From Squalus acanthias (taxonomy: Eukaryota): a DNA stretch of 64,000 nucleotides. Below, one piece after another: positions 10,501-23,065 of this stretch (the first letter of the stretch is position 1; every line of letters begins with the position of its first letter). The notes beneath the pieces are model-generated. The model was not told the origin of the DNA. It saw only the letters and a list, made by a program, of their open reading frames with translations, and ran no database searches. The DNA lies in NCBI GenBank assembly GCA_030390025.1, contig CM059431.1, positions 125,490,001 through 125,554,000 of the forward strand, written 5' to 3'. The position numbers were made by a program, and so were the translations under genes.

Positions 10501-13500
10501 TTAGTATTCAATGGTTTCTTGTCAGCTTCACATAGTCCAACAGTTTCATTCAGTAATTTCAAGTTTCTTTTGTATCAGGCGTGTTGTGGCAACTCAGAAG
10601 TAGCTACATTTATTCTTCAAAGAATCAAACAGCTACACTTGGTTACATAAATGCGGGCTGTACTGGCAGTCAACCTCACCCTCCAGGATCTATGGCAGAG
10701 GGAGTGGAGGCAGTGAGAAAGACTGGAACATGTGCCCAGAGGGAGGAAGAGGGCCATCAGGCCTCTCAACAGGAGACCTTATCCTCCGAGGGTATGCCCA
10801 GAGCACTTCTCCGAACTTCAATTAAATGAGGAGCAGTGTATTAGAAGGCTCTGCTTCACCAAGGAGGTGATCACAGAACTCAGCCACCTCCTGCAACCAG
10901 ACCTCCAGCTACAGACCAGGGTGACCACGGCTCTCTCAGTGACAGTTAAGGTCACCGTCGCCCTCAATTTCTTCGCCAGCGGATCCTTCTAGTCTGCAAC
11001 AGGAGGCATAGCTAACATCTCGCAGTTCGACGTCCATCGCTGCATCCGAGAGGTCACAGAGGCTCTCTACAGTAGGAGAAGGGACTACATCTCCTTCGCA
11101 TCACCAGAGAACCAGGACGAGCATATATGTGGCTTTGCCAGGATAGCGGGATTCTCCATGGTGCATGTCGCCATTGACTGCACCCACGTGGCTTTGCAGG
11201 CACCACATAACAATCCTGTCATCTTCCGTAACCGCAAAGGCTACCACTCACTTACTGTGCAGTTGGTGTGCGACCACACACACTGTCAATGCCTGCTATC
11301 CTGACAGCAGCCACAATGCCTTCATCCTGCGCCAGACCAGTGTGCCAGCACTCTTCCAGCCACTACATCAAGCTCGCAGCTGGCTGCTTGGAGACAAGGG
11401 CTATCCACTCTCCAACTGGCTCTGCAACCCCAACACTGCTGCCCAGCACTCATATAATGAGAGCCATGCTGCCACCAGGAACATCGTCGAGCAGTCAATC
11501 GGCGTGCTGAAGCAATGGTTCCGCTGCCTTGACAGCTCGGGAGGAGCCCTCCAGTACTCGGCTGAGCGGGTGTCCCATTTCGTGGTGGTTTACTGCATGC
11601 TCCACAACTTGGTCATCATGAGGGCCCAGCCCTTGCCACCAGGGATTGTGGGACCACCGCAGGAGGAGGAAGAGGGAGAGGAGGAGGAGGAGGAGGATGA
11701 GGATGAAGAGGAATATGAGGAGGACGAGGAGGAGGAGGAATAGGAGCGAGGAAGGAGGCAGCCACTCACTTAATTGGCCTTCCGTAAGGTCGGTCCATTA
11801 TCACCTCATCAGACTGTGGTTCGAATGAATGAAACCCCAGATCCCCATTGCTCACCACATCCCCATCAATCCATGTTGCAGGCCATATCACAGCGCAAAG
11901 CTGAAATGAGACACACCACAAAAGAATCCAATCTGAATTAATAAATTTATCAAAAATCAGTGAACACATATGTACAACAAAAATATTAACTATTCACCCT
12001 TGTGCAATCCCTTAGTGCCTGTCGTTACTGTGCATTTGTCTACTCTAGTGTTCCTATGAAGTGCTGGCCCAATGGCTGCAGCACGGCTGGTGGAAGGCTG
12101 CTGAGTGTCCATTCGGGAGACTTCAGATGGCCTTGCACGACGCCCTTGACCAGCTCTGGCCCTAGAAGGCCCGGTTGTAGACTGCACCACCTCAGCATGT
12201 GGCGGCAGCAGTCTGGGATGGCTGGATGACAGGCAGCGGCACGGGCAATGGTGGAATGGCAGTGGTGGGAGCAGGAATGCTGTCATCCTGAGAGAGGACA
12301 GAAGGTTCCTGCTCCACTGACCCACTACCACTCTCCCGGGGCAAAACCTCAGCGTCCCTAGCAACCTGGCGGCGCAGATTGCTGGCCTGCTGCGACACCT
12401 GTGAAAGCCCCAGTCGATGGTGGTAGACCCAGCCACGATGGCAGCAGTCAGAGCTTGCGTTGCATCGAGCTGAGATTGCATGAGAGCAGTCTGAGATTGG
12501 ATGCCACCAAGCATAGACTGCATTACAGCACTAAGCCTGTGCTGCAATGGAAGCTGTGAGACCACCCATCACACGCGGCATCAGGTCTGGGTTGCCACGG
12601 TCTCTCTGGGAGTCTATCATCCTTTGCAGACTGGAAATGACGGGCTCCATGGTGTGCGCAGAGCCTTGTGCAATGTTAGAGGTGGACTCCTCCACACTCC
12701 TTACCATTGCCGAGAGGCTCTCGGGCACCCTTGTCATTGCACCTATCATCTCCGTGTGCATGCCCATCACCCTTCTTCTAAAGGCCTCCCCGTCGAGGTC
12801 CTCATCTGAGTCCTGTGCAGCAGAACTCGAGTGCAAACTCGTCCTCCAGGGAGCTACCCTTTCCCCCTGGCCTTGCTGCATCCCACTCGTCCCCGGTGCC
12901 TCACCCTGTGCAGATCCCGCCTCTAAAGAACGCGTAGTGCCAGTATCTGAGCTGGTGCCTGCGGTCTTCTTCCTCCTCCTCTTCTCCTGCCTCGCTCTCC
13001 ACTGTGCCCTCAGGAACAGGTTGCTCAGGTGCTTGCTCATTATCTGAAAGCATAAAGGCACAAGAGTTAGGTTAAGGGGAGGGGAGGGGGGGTGCAGGAA
13101 GGGAGAAATGCATGCATACAGCATTATTAGCTGGAAAGTGCGAAACGCTTGTGGGGTGAGGGGGAAGTGGCATGTGAGAAGAAGGAGTAGGGATGAACAT
13201 ACCGTTGTTGTTCCCACCTGGCACTTAATAATCTGCAGCACTCTATTCTCCAGTGCAGACAGTGGTTGGGTATCGGCTTATCCAACGCCTGTGCACTCCT
13301 GCACCCTCCTGTTGTGAGCCAACTTGGCCTGCAAGAGAAAGGAAAGTGTGTGAGTGAGTGTGGAGCAATGTTTGGGTGATGTGCCTGCCATAGTTGAATA
13401 GCTGTGATTTTGTGCAAAGTTTGAGATGTGGGTATAAATGTTGGTAGGTAGAGATTGTTGGTGGGTGAGTGCTAGGGGTGTGGTGCTTTTGGGCAGTGTG

Positions 13501-15169
13501 TGCAGACTGTGGTTCAGATGGTGGTATGTAGCATTTGTTGAAGCATTCACTCACCCTGACCACCCGAGTGAAGTCGTTAAATTTCTTCCTGCACTGTGTG
13601 TGGGTCCTGGGACCACAGTGCTGCCCGAGATATGCTGCGCTACCTCCCTCCACATGGTTCAGAAGACTTGCCGTGAGGACCTCCTGCCACTTGTCGGGTA
13701 GAGCACCACCCTCCGTCTCTCCACAGCGAACACCAACACCTCCAATGCTTGATCGCAGAATCTGTAGGCTCTCTGCCTCAGGCCTGGATCTGCCATGAGT
13801 ACAGCTGCTTCAGTCCTCCGGCTCCTTCTTCTTGTCCTGCTGCTGCTTGCTGAGGCAACTGCACAGCCAGCAATGATGAGAATGAGGTTTTGCATCATCA
13901 ATGAACCTCCCTTTTAAGTACTGAAAAAAGCCTGTGGCAATCATGACTTGCGATTAGACTACGCCTGATATTGGTCCACCCTTTGAATGTAATGCCAATG
14001 GGCTTGGGCTTTAAGACTTGGTCTTAGGACTCCAATCATTTTTTTGAGCAGTGAGCATGAATTTTGCGTGCAGTCTAAAGCATTAGCGCCTGGCGCTAAT
14101 TCTCCAACTTTTCTAATGGCACCGCCAATTCCTGGACTATAATGAATTTCGAATCTGTAGACATTTTTCCACTTGCCTTAATGTGGAACCAGGAGGAATA
14201 CTTCTCCTGGCTCCACAGAAATACTGCGGGCTGCTACCGGCCCACACTAGTCCCCCACCCGCTTGCCTTCCCCTCCCTTCTAAGACCTACCTGAAAGTCA
14301 CTGCCAGCACCACAGCTGACGCAAATTGGTCTGCAGCCAACCGGCAAGTTGCTTCTTGATGCTCAATTGGCATCTGCAGCTTCCAGGAATTAAGCAGGTG
14401 AGGCCTGAGGCCTAATTTCAGACAAGCCTTGTGCCTTTGGCTTCTGGTGTGCTTTCCGAGTGTGTCGACCATTTTGTACCTGGAAACGGGCCTAAATGAA
14501 TTTCTCCCCCATAATTTCATGGAAACTTAAACATCTAAGTAGCACACTAAAATCTACCTGTATCAGGCAGGTAAAGCTGTATAATCTTAAGCTCTGTAAG
14601 CTTTCTCTCTCTAATTCAGAGCTGCACTATCTAATTTTATGGAGACACCCATCTATATACACTAAACAAATAATTCCTACATCTTTGACTACAAAGACCA
14701 ATACAAGCACTACTGAAAGAAATAGAACTAAACTAATTACTAGGACTGACGACTTAATGGTCAAAGCACCATCTTATATATCTTTAATTTCTAAAGAAAT
14801 CTCATTAATTCTATTGACCAATATGAGTGACACATGGTAGAAGTGTTTAGGCCACAGCAGTGTTACTTCACACAGTTCTATTGATATCCCTACAGACCTC
14901 CAGATCAATGACGCACCAGCACCTAGACATGCCATGTTGCTTGCTTACTCCCTAGCTTGTCAGGTTCAGCTAAGTTAGGCCAACTTTCTTTCCCATAACG
15001 AGCCATCTCCGGGCCTGTGGCCTTGACGGCTTGTGTTCTGTCCCTGGTATGGAATTATTTGCTTGCATAAGCCTTCATGGTTTAATTAACATTAGCTCGC
15101 TCATTTTGAGGATACATTTAAGGCAATTCTTTGGGCATTTCTCCTGCACTACCTTTGTGAGAAAGAAGA

Positions 15170-17300
15170 AGAGAATGAAGAGGAAGAACACAGGGAAACC
15201 AGGATGATCAGGTTTCATAAGAAGTCGTTGGCACCTACCCCTAGTATCTACATAACTGAATGTACAGACCAAGGAGTACCTCCTTTTACCTGACACCTGG
15301 AGCAGTGCTTGTGGAGGGAATGTTGAACAAGAGAAACCATTGAGTCAGTTAAATCTTATGCTGGAAGGCAAACTACAGCACTGTCAGTGGCTGTAAATGT
15401 CACCACTACCCTGAATTTCTACTGCCTCTGGGAACATCTGCAACATTAGTAAATCACAACAACAACAACAAGAACTTGTATTTATATAGCGCCTTTAACG
15501 TAGTAAAGCATCCCAAGATGCTTCACAGGAGCGTTATCAAACAAAATTTGACATCAAGCTGTGTACGAAGATATTAGGGCAGATGACCAAAAGCTTGGTC
15601 AAAGAGGTAGGTTTTAAGGAACGTCTTAAAGGAGGAAAGAGAGGTAGAGGGACGGAGAGATTTAGGGAGGGAATTCCAGAACTTAGGGCCAAGGCAGATG
15701 AAGACACCACTGCCAATGGTGGAACAACTAAAATTGGGGATGCTCAATAGGCCAGAATTAGAGGAGCGCAGATATCTCGGAGGTTTGTAGGGCTGCAGGA
15801 GATTACAGAGATAGGGAGGGGCAAGACCATGGAGGGATTTGAAAACAAGGATGAGAATTTTAATATCTAGGCGTTGCTTAATTGTTCACAGATGATTCAG
15901 ACAAATTACAAATCCACTAATGTGAGAGCTAGCCAGTCCTTCATCTTCCTTATGATATCATTCCCAGAATTATAGGGCAGCAGACTTTTATAGAGTGGCA
16001 GAATTTCCCAAACTACAGGAAAGGATTCCATTCACTCAGAGTCCATCTTGTTGCTGACCAACAACACTGCACATTTATGCTCCCTTTCCTGGCAGTTTCC
16101 ACAGTGCATTTATTTTAAGGCAGTCCATCATTTCACCACTCTGCACCTGAAAGACAAGAGGCCAAGAGCAGGAAGAGGATGGCACTCAAGCGATGAGGAA
16201 GTTGGGCAGAGGAGCAGCAGCACTGCTGTCAGTTGCAAGAAACATTCAAGTCAATCTGATACAGGAAACCTTCCCTCTGACTCCAATTCTCCACACGATA
16301 GTAACATTTCTGACTACATATTACCCCTTTTCCACCAGAAAGATACATTCATACAGGAAGTAGTCAATCACAATCAACTCAATTGAGTACAATTAATTTC
16401 ACCTAAACAAAGACACTTGAATTTCTTTGCAAAACAAAATCAGAACAAAAAACTTAAGTGCAGCCAATTATTGCAATACTAACCCAATTTTTGTGCCTCC
16501 TTAATAATTAATTCCACCGTGGTTACCGGTGGTGCTGCTAATTTGATTGTCATTTCAAGGCTAGAAGCCTGTATCTCCAAATTGCACCCTCAGTGGCTGC
16601 TGTCTTCCTCTAGGAGAATCTGAGGATCAAGATAGCTCTTGCCTCAGGCAAGATGATTTCCACGAGGGCCCTGCTGCAGGTTATATCACTTGTGTTGTTA
16701 TAAGGGCAGCCTGGGTTGGCTGCTTCCTACCACAAATGCAGGCATCTTAATTACTGGTGAGAGGGTTCATAACAAGTTTGACTGTACTACTGATTACACA
16801 CTTTCCATGCCATTAGTAGTGGCCATTGGTTCTGGTTGTGTAGTGATCAATCGCAAAGCCATCTGAATACTGTTAATGCAATCACTGAAGCTCTAAAATA
16901 TATTGCACTGTATTCCACCCTAATCTTTTGGAAGCTGGGAGAGACAGCCCGCTCTATTCAGGCACCCAAGCCCTCTATGGCAGCAGTTGTAGCTTCCATA
17001 CTACGTGTTACAAAAGGCCTTATGGCCTCTGATGTGGGAGCCTGTGCTGCATATGTTCCTAAAGCAGCCAAATGCTACAGGATGGACTGCAGTGCTACAC
17101 AAACATCTATCATGATACAGCAGATGTGAGAGGTGAACTCTTCCAACTGAGCTTGTAGGACTTTCTCCTACTACTGTTCGGACCGTGAGAATTACAGGCG
17201 GGACTTCCTCTTTACCCTGTGTTCCCCCTTCCTGTCCATGTGGTCTTTCAAACAAAGGACCACAACTGACCTCCATTTTGAATCTGTCAATTATCATCTC
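15170..17300 (+). mobile_element. Highly decayed Harbinger remnant, interrupted by an L2-type 3' end (15456-15880, minus)
   Basis: CTGTCAGTGGCTGTAAATGTCACCACTACCCTGAATTTCT resembles the transposase N-terminus seen elsewhere. The (CAA)n tail and CTTGTATTTATATAGCGCCTTTAACG match the reverse of the tail at ~34730-34775. Confidence 0.55.
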
Positions 17301-17756
17301 ACAATTAATTCACAATTTTGATCTCAACACAGTAGCAGCGGTTTTATTACATGTATAGCAGCTTACAAGCTGTAATTTGCTGTATACTCTGACAGACCAT
17401 CTCCAATGGCTGAACATATGTTTTTTCCTACTCAAATCCTCTTTTGAAAGCTGAATCCCTGAGATCTTGGTTTGACGTTCCACCAAGGGCAGATGTCTCC
17501 TGACCGTCTAGCCAAAGGTATCACAGCAGTTCTGGGACTGCACTCGTAACACAGAGGAGTGAGTTCAATTCCCACCATGATAAGAAGTGAAACTGAATTC
17601 AATAAATCTAATTAAATTATGGGCTAGCAGCAGAAAATGACTAAGAAAGCTGCTGTATTGTTGTAAGAACTCAACTGGTTCAATAATGTCCTTCAGGGAA
17701 TGGAAACTGCCATTCCTACCTGTTCTGGCCAACATGTGACTCTAGTTCAACACTAT

Positions 17757-19410
17757 GGGGGAAACATTCGTGTTCGCCAGCAAAGTTGCCGGTCACCGAC
17801 AACTGCAGTAATTGGCCGTTGGAAATGGCTGCAACACTAACCGAGTGAAATTGGTCTGGGGGGCATGGAGATAGGTGGTGCAGCGCTCACCTTCCATGCA
17901 ATGCCATCCTGGTGGCGTTGCTGGAGGGATCCGGGATGAAGATCCTGTCCAAGTGCGGCGTTGCAACTTCCCACAGCCTCTGTGAGTGAAGCTGTGGAGC
18001 TCACAAGGAATTGTGGGCAATGAAGAGGTCTGAGATTAAAGGGGCCATGCACACTGAAGCAATACAAAATAAAATGCAGTGAATCAATAAATTTTTCAGC
18101 CCTTTCTGCCTTTTAAGAAATATTCAATATTTAAAAGAAGTTCCAAATATGAATATTCAGTTGTTAAAGCTGAATTACCTTCCTAACCTCAACAGGTGGG
18201 AAAACTGCCTCAGCACTAACACAAATAGCTCAGCAAGCCAGGGAAGGAGCACTGAGGATCTTACATGCAGCACTCCAGCTTTGTGCAGGGGGGTCAACAC
18301 TTCAAGAGCGGCCCTCTACCCACAGGGACTAGGAGGCCCTCCAGAAAGAACGATGTGGGAGTACATCACTAAGACCATCACTACCAGCAGTGTTGCCCTC
18401 CCACCACCTGGCTCCAGTGCCCAAAGAAGCTTCATGACCTCAGACCACTGGTCAAGGTCAGTGAATGCATCTTCAAAAGCCATCTCCTACCAACTGCACC
18501 ACTAGCCTCACACACTGCTCAATGCACAACCCTCAATCACTCATCTACCAACAAACTGCACCAATGACGAGACACATCTCCCATTCCTAGCCTCACCTCA
18601 CCCCCTTGGAGGAGACACTGCAGGCCATTCTTGGCAGGAACATGGTTGAGCCCTTGGCCAGCAACAGGGGTGAAAGGATACAAGATGCTGGTATCCTCAT
18701 ACGTTATCCTCCTTCTGGCATACACCTCTTGCTTTCCCGCCCTCCCGTCAGCACAACTCCACCCTTGTGCCTTCCTCATTTCATACACCCAAGAAATGCA
18801 GCCTGCCCAGCCAGTAGGTTAACAAGAAGAGGTCGCCTGCCCAGCCAGTGGAACCGCCGGCGGATGATTTCATCCTGGATATCACAGCCACAAAGGGACT
18901 GTCTAGGATGCATCTTTCCGTCTGATTCCTCCTCTTCGGCTTGCTCCTCTTTGCTGTCTTCCTCTTCCCTCTGCAAGCGGATGCTGTTAATTGAAATGAC
19001 AGCATAAAATACTGGAAATACTCAGTTGGTCAGGCAGCATGTTGACCTGATACATGAACTCTGTTTTTCTCTCCATGGATGTTGCGTGACCTGCTGAGTA
19101 TTCGCAACATGTTCTGCCTTCTCAAAGGCCTTCCGAGCCCTTGCAAGCATCCAGCATCCAGCAGCACTCCCTACACACATAAAACAAAATTCACATTTAT
19201 TGCAGCAAGCCACCACGTCAATAAAATCAAAAAAATCCCAGTCCAAACCCTTAAATTCAAACTTAACTGAATGATGTGTGTGACCCTTTAAGAGCTGTAT
19301 GCCAGGTTAAGGACCCACTGCTGAATTTAGCGCTAAGGTCGAGGTTCGCATTGGTGATGTTAAGTCACCATGCCGCCATTTTTTTTCCAGGGCACTGCCA
19401 GTTACCAGCA
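17757..19410 (+). mobile_element. Non-autonomous Harbinger derivative with Myb-like remnant; inverted copy of 30694-32474
   Basis: Long reverse-complement similarity, for example VNTSRAALYPQG...MWEYITKTI in both copies. The right end is cut by a CR1. Confidence 0.85.
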
Positions 19411-21105
19411 GCATAAATAAGGAAATAGCAGACTTGCTAAATAATGACTTAATATAGGCCTTCACGGTAGAAGAAGAGAATAAAGTACCAGAGATACAAA
19501 GAAAACTAAAAATAAATCAAGGGGAGTTACTTATTAGATTTAATATAAGTAAAGAAATGGTAATGGAGAAAATAATGAGACTGAAGATTGACAAATCTCC
19601 AGAATGATTCCACCCCAGCGAATTAAAATAAATAGGTGAGAAAATTGCAGAAGCTTTAGTCATGATCTTCAAAAGCTCTCTTGGTCAGGAATTGCCCCCT
19701 TGTATTGGAAAATTGTCAATCTCACTCCATTATTTAAGAAGGTGGGGGAGAAAAACTGGGAAATTATAAACCTATTAGTCTAACGTCTATTGTGAGGAAG
19801 TTGCTAGAATCTGTCATTCAGACAAATATGAACTGATCAGAGAGAGCCAGCATGGATTTGTAAAGGGTACGTCATCCCAAACTAACCTACTTGAATTTTT
19901 TGAGGAGGTAACTAATGTAGATAAAGGAGTGTCTATGGATGTAATTGATATGGACTTCCAGAAGGCATTCGATCAGGTGCCAAAAAAGAGATTGTTAGCA
20001 AAAATGAAAGCTTATGGAATTGGAGGCAACCCAGTGACATAGTTAGAGAATTGGTTATGAGGTAGGAGTAGGGATAATGGGTATGTTCATCAATTGGCAG
20101 GATGTGACTTGTGGTGTCCCCCATGGATCTATACTGGGGACTCAGCTTTTCACTATATTTATCAATTAACTGAAGGAATAGAATTAACTAACACTGTATA
20201 TCCAAGTTTGCTGATAACATTAAGTTTGGTGGCACAGTAAATAATATAGATGGGAGCAGAATGTTATAAAAAAATTAATAGATTAAGTGAGTGGGCAAAA
20301 CTGTAAAAGATTGAGTTCGGTGTGGGGAAGTGAAGTCATCCTCTTTGGACCTAAGAAAGATAGATCAGGGTATGTTCTAAATGGTGAGAAACGAGGAACT
20401 GTGGAGGAGCAGAGAGATTTAGGGGTCCAAGTACAGAAATCACTAAAAACTAGTGGACAGGTACAAAAAATAATCAAAATGGCTAATGGAATATTAGCCT
20501 TAATCTCAAGGGTGCTGGAATACAAAGGGTGGAAGTTATGCTGCAGTTTTATAAAGCTCTGGTTAAACCCCATCTGCAATACTGCATTCAGTTCTGGGCA
20601 TTGTATCTCAGAAAGAATATATTAGCCTTGGTGGAGGTGCAGTGCAGATTCACCAGAATGATACCAGGGCCAAAAGGGTTAAATTATGAGGACAGATTGC
20701 ATAGACTAGGCTTGTATTCTCTTGAGTATATAAGATTAAGGGGTGATCTAATTGAGATGTTTAAGATAATTAAAGGAATTGATAGGGTAGATAGAGATAA
20801 ACTATTTCATCTGGTTCTGAGTCCAGAGCAAGGGGACATAATCTTAAAATTAGAGCTAGGCCATTAAGGGGTGAAGTAAGGAAGCACTTCTTCACACAAA
20901 GGGTAATGGAAATCTGGAACTCGCCAAAAAGCTGTTGAGGCTAGGTCAATTGAAAATTTCAAAACTGAGATTGATACATTTTTGTTAGACAAGGATACGA
21001 AACCAAGGCAGGTAAATGGAGTTAAGATACAGATCAGCCATGATCTAATTGAATGACGGAACTGGTTTGAGGGGCTGAATGGCCTACTCCTGTTCCGATG
21101 TTCCT
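19410..21105 (+). mobile_element. Decayed CR1 LINE (RT through 3' tail)
   Basis: RT remnants, ORF pieces YKALVKPHLQYCIQFW and LYSLEYIRLRGDLI, and the CR1 3' UTR. Confidence 0.9.
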
Positions 21106-21797
21106 AAAAGATCTATAACTCTCTCCCTCTTTATTTCATTTTTCCCTCCTTCCCACCCCTCAAAGGTTATCATGCAGTGGCATGGATGCCAACCACCCTC
21201 CAGTACCTCACACAAGTGGCCATTCTTCATACGTGAATGTTAAGAGTGAGTGTCACTAGGTTAAATAATCATAAGTTATTTGCACAGTCAAACCAGAATC
21301 TGTGCATTAACCACACATCCATACTTCCAGCATAGGCCTCTGAACAGTGATCAGGAATAGAAATGACACCTATTTCTACCCTGGCTGAGATCAGCTAGTT
21401 CAGCATCAATATTTGAAGCTGGAGCTTCTGGATCCAATGGAAAATCTAACTCTTTTGGTCTATGCATACCAACCCATTAAAGAAGGAACACACTTGTGCA
21501 CAAAACTTTCAGCTTTGTTTGATTTGTATTTGATAGCAGTATGGGTTTGAGGATGGAAACTGGTGCTGGCAACTGGATAAATGAAATATGGGGAATAAGA
21601 CTTGGCTTTCACTTTTTGTTTTCATGCATTATTTGAATATGGTATGATTTGGAGACTGAAATGTGGGAAGAGAATTATGAATTATTCTTTAGCTATCTTC
21701 TGCGGATGTCCCAGGACAGGTTGGCAATGCTACACTGTTAAATGAAAGGAGGTGGTGTTTCAGTAGGCTGGAACTAGTTTACTAATTTCTGGCTCAC

Positions 21798-21837
21798 TGG
21801 CACTTCATACAGTGAAGCAGTGCTGAGCTCCACAACA
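21798..21837 (-). CDS. Candidate 40-nt host exon (VVELSTASLYEVP)
   Basis: Strong acceptor TTCATCTCTTTATAG, donor CCA|GTGAGC, ends in phase 0. Confidence 0.35.
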
Positions 21838-23065
21838 CTATAAAGAGATGAATGGTAAACAGATGTACTACTCAACTGTAAAATTCATTCTCAGTCCAGG
21901 GAATTCACAAATCTCAATATTTTAATGTTTAAATAAATCATTGCAAGCCCAAAGAAGAACTAGATATTAATTTAAGTATAAGTTTCAGTGCAATCTGGAG
22001 AAGCAGAAGATGCCCATTTTTTAAACTTGAATTGTCGATCAATCTTTTTATCTGATTTCAAAATTCAGTGATTGATCTTACACATAAGAGCCAACAGCCT
22101 GGTTCTAATGCCATGGGTCTACAGCTCAGCATTTCAAAATCTAGAAATGGCAATGGCGGACATGGAGCCCAGATTTTAACTCCAGGTGGATTTCCCACTC
22201 AGTGCTGAATTAAAATTTCAGTCGGGTCTCAATGATGTCATCAGGCCGCAAAATGCGTCTGTAAAGAAGGACCCTGTTGGCTCCGGGGCTCAGGCGAGCA
22301 GGTTAAAATTGCAGATGTGATTACAGGTAAAAGCCAGGGCGATTTTAACTGCCCAACCGCCAGGTTTCAGCTGAGTGAGTAGGGTTAAAACAGCCCTGTC
22401 CAAATTCATTGCTCAATTTCCGACAGTTTCCCTTTCTCCAGAACTGGCTTTTTCTTCACTTGACCAGATAATAGGCTGTTAAGCTGCTTGACAGGGACAG
22501 AATGAGCATTATTGCAGGATTCTACTGGTAAAGCAAACTAGAATCTACAGAACAAACTCCTCCAATGGAAAAGTGAACTAAGTAGTATTTCTATTCACCG
22601 CCTTTAATAGAAACAAAACACCAAGATTAACACCCTGGGTTCTAGAGGTGGCAAATTTAAAACCCCAATACATTTGAGGACATTGTCTGTCTGAATTGTA
22701 CTGATCTATTTTATCAAAGAAAATATTAAAAATGTTGTTGAGCTGAAGTAAGATATCAAATCATCTCTTTAAAATGCTATTTCTGGAAGCTAATTATATA
22801 CATATTATCTCTGGCTACTGTGGCTGCATTGTGCATAATTTGTACAGTAATTAATTATTTGCTCTGCTGTTGTCACGATGCTGTAATACTGTGTCTTATG
22901 CATGAACCATAAACGGATTGTGACATAGAGGATATTTGTTCCATTAATACTTGAAGGTAACCTGCAGGGCCACTTATCATCTTGCCAAGGCTGAGCAGCA
23001 AAAAACATTCTGGACCTAAAGTGATGAATGAAGTTTTTTAATTTTGTTTTTTAATTTTGTTTTTT

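Larger units (their letters stand above)
9527..14156 (+). mobile_element. Second decayed Harbinger element (transposase ~10620-11830 on +, Myb-like gene ~13796-11990 on -), probably nested in an older element at ~9222-14510
   Basis: Same gene pair as 634-4544 ([44 protein letters not shown]). GTA flanks both sides. The right terminus is degenerate. Confidence 0.75.

Noticed and set aside
11664..11745. (GAG)n poly-Glu tract as a repeat expansion of interest
   Set aside because: Equivalent acidic tails occur in the other transposase copy (2134-2160), so it is a family trait.
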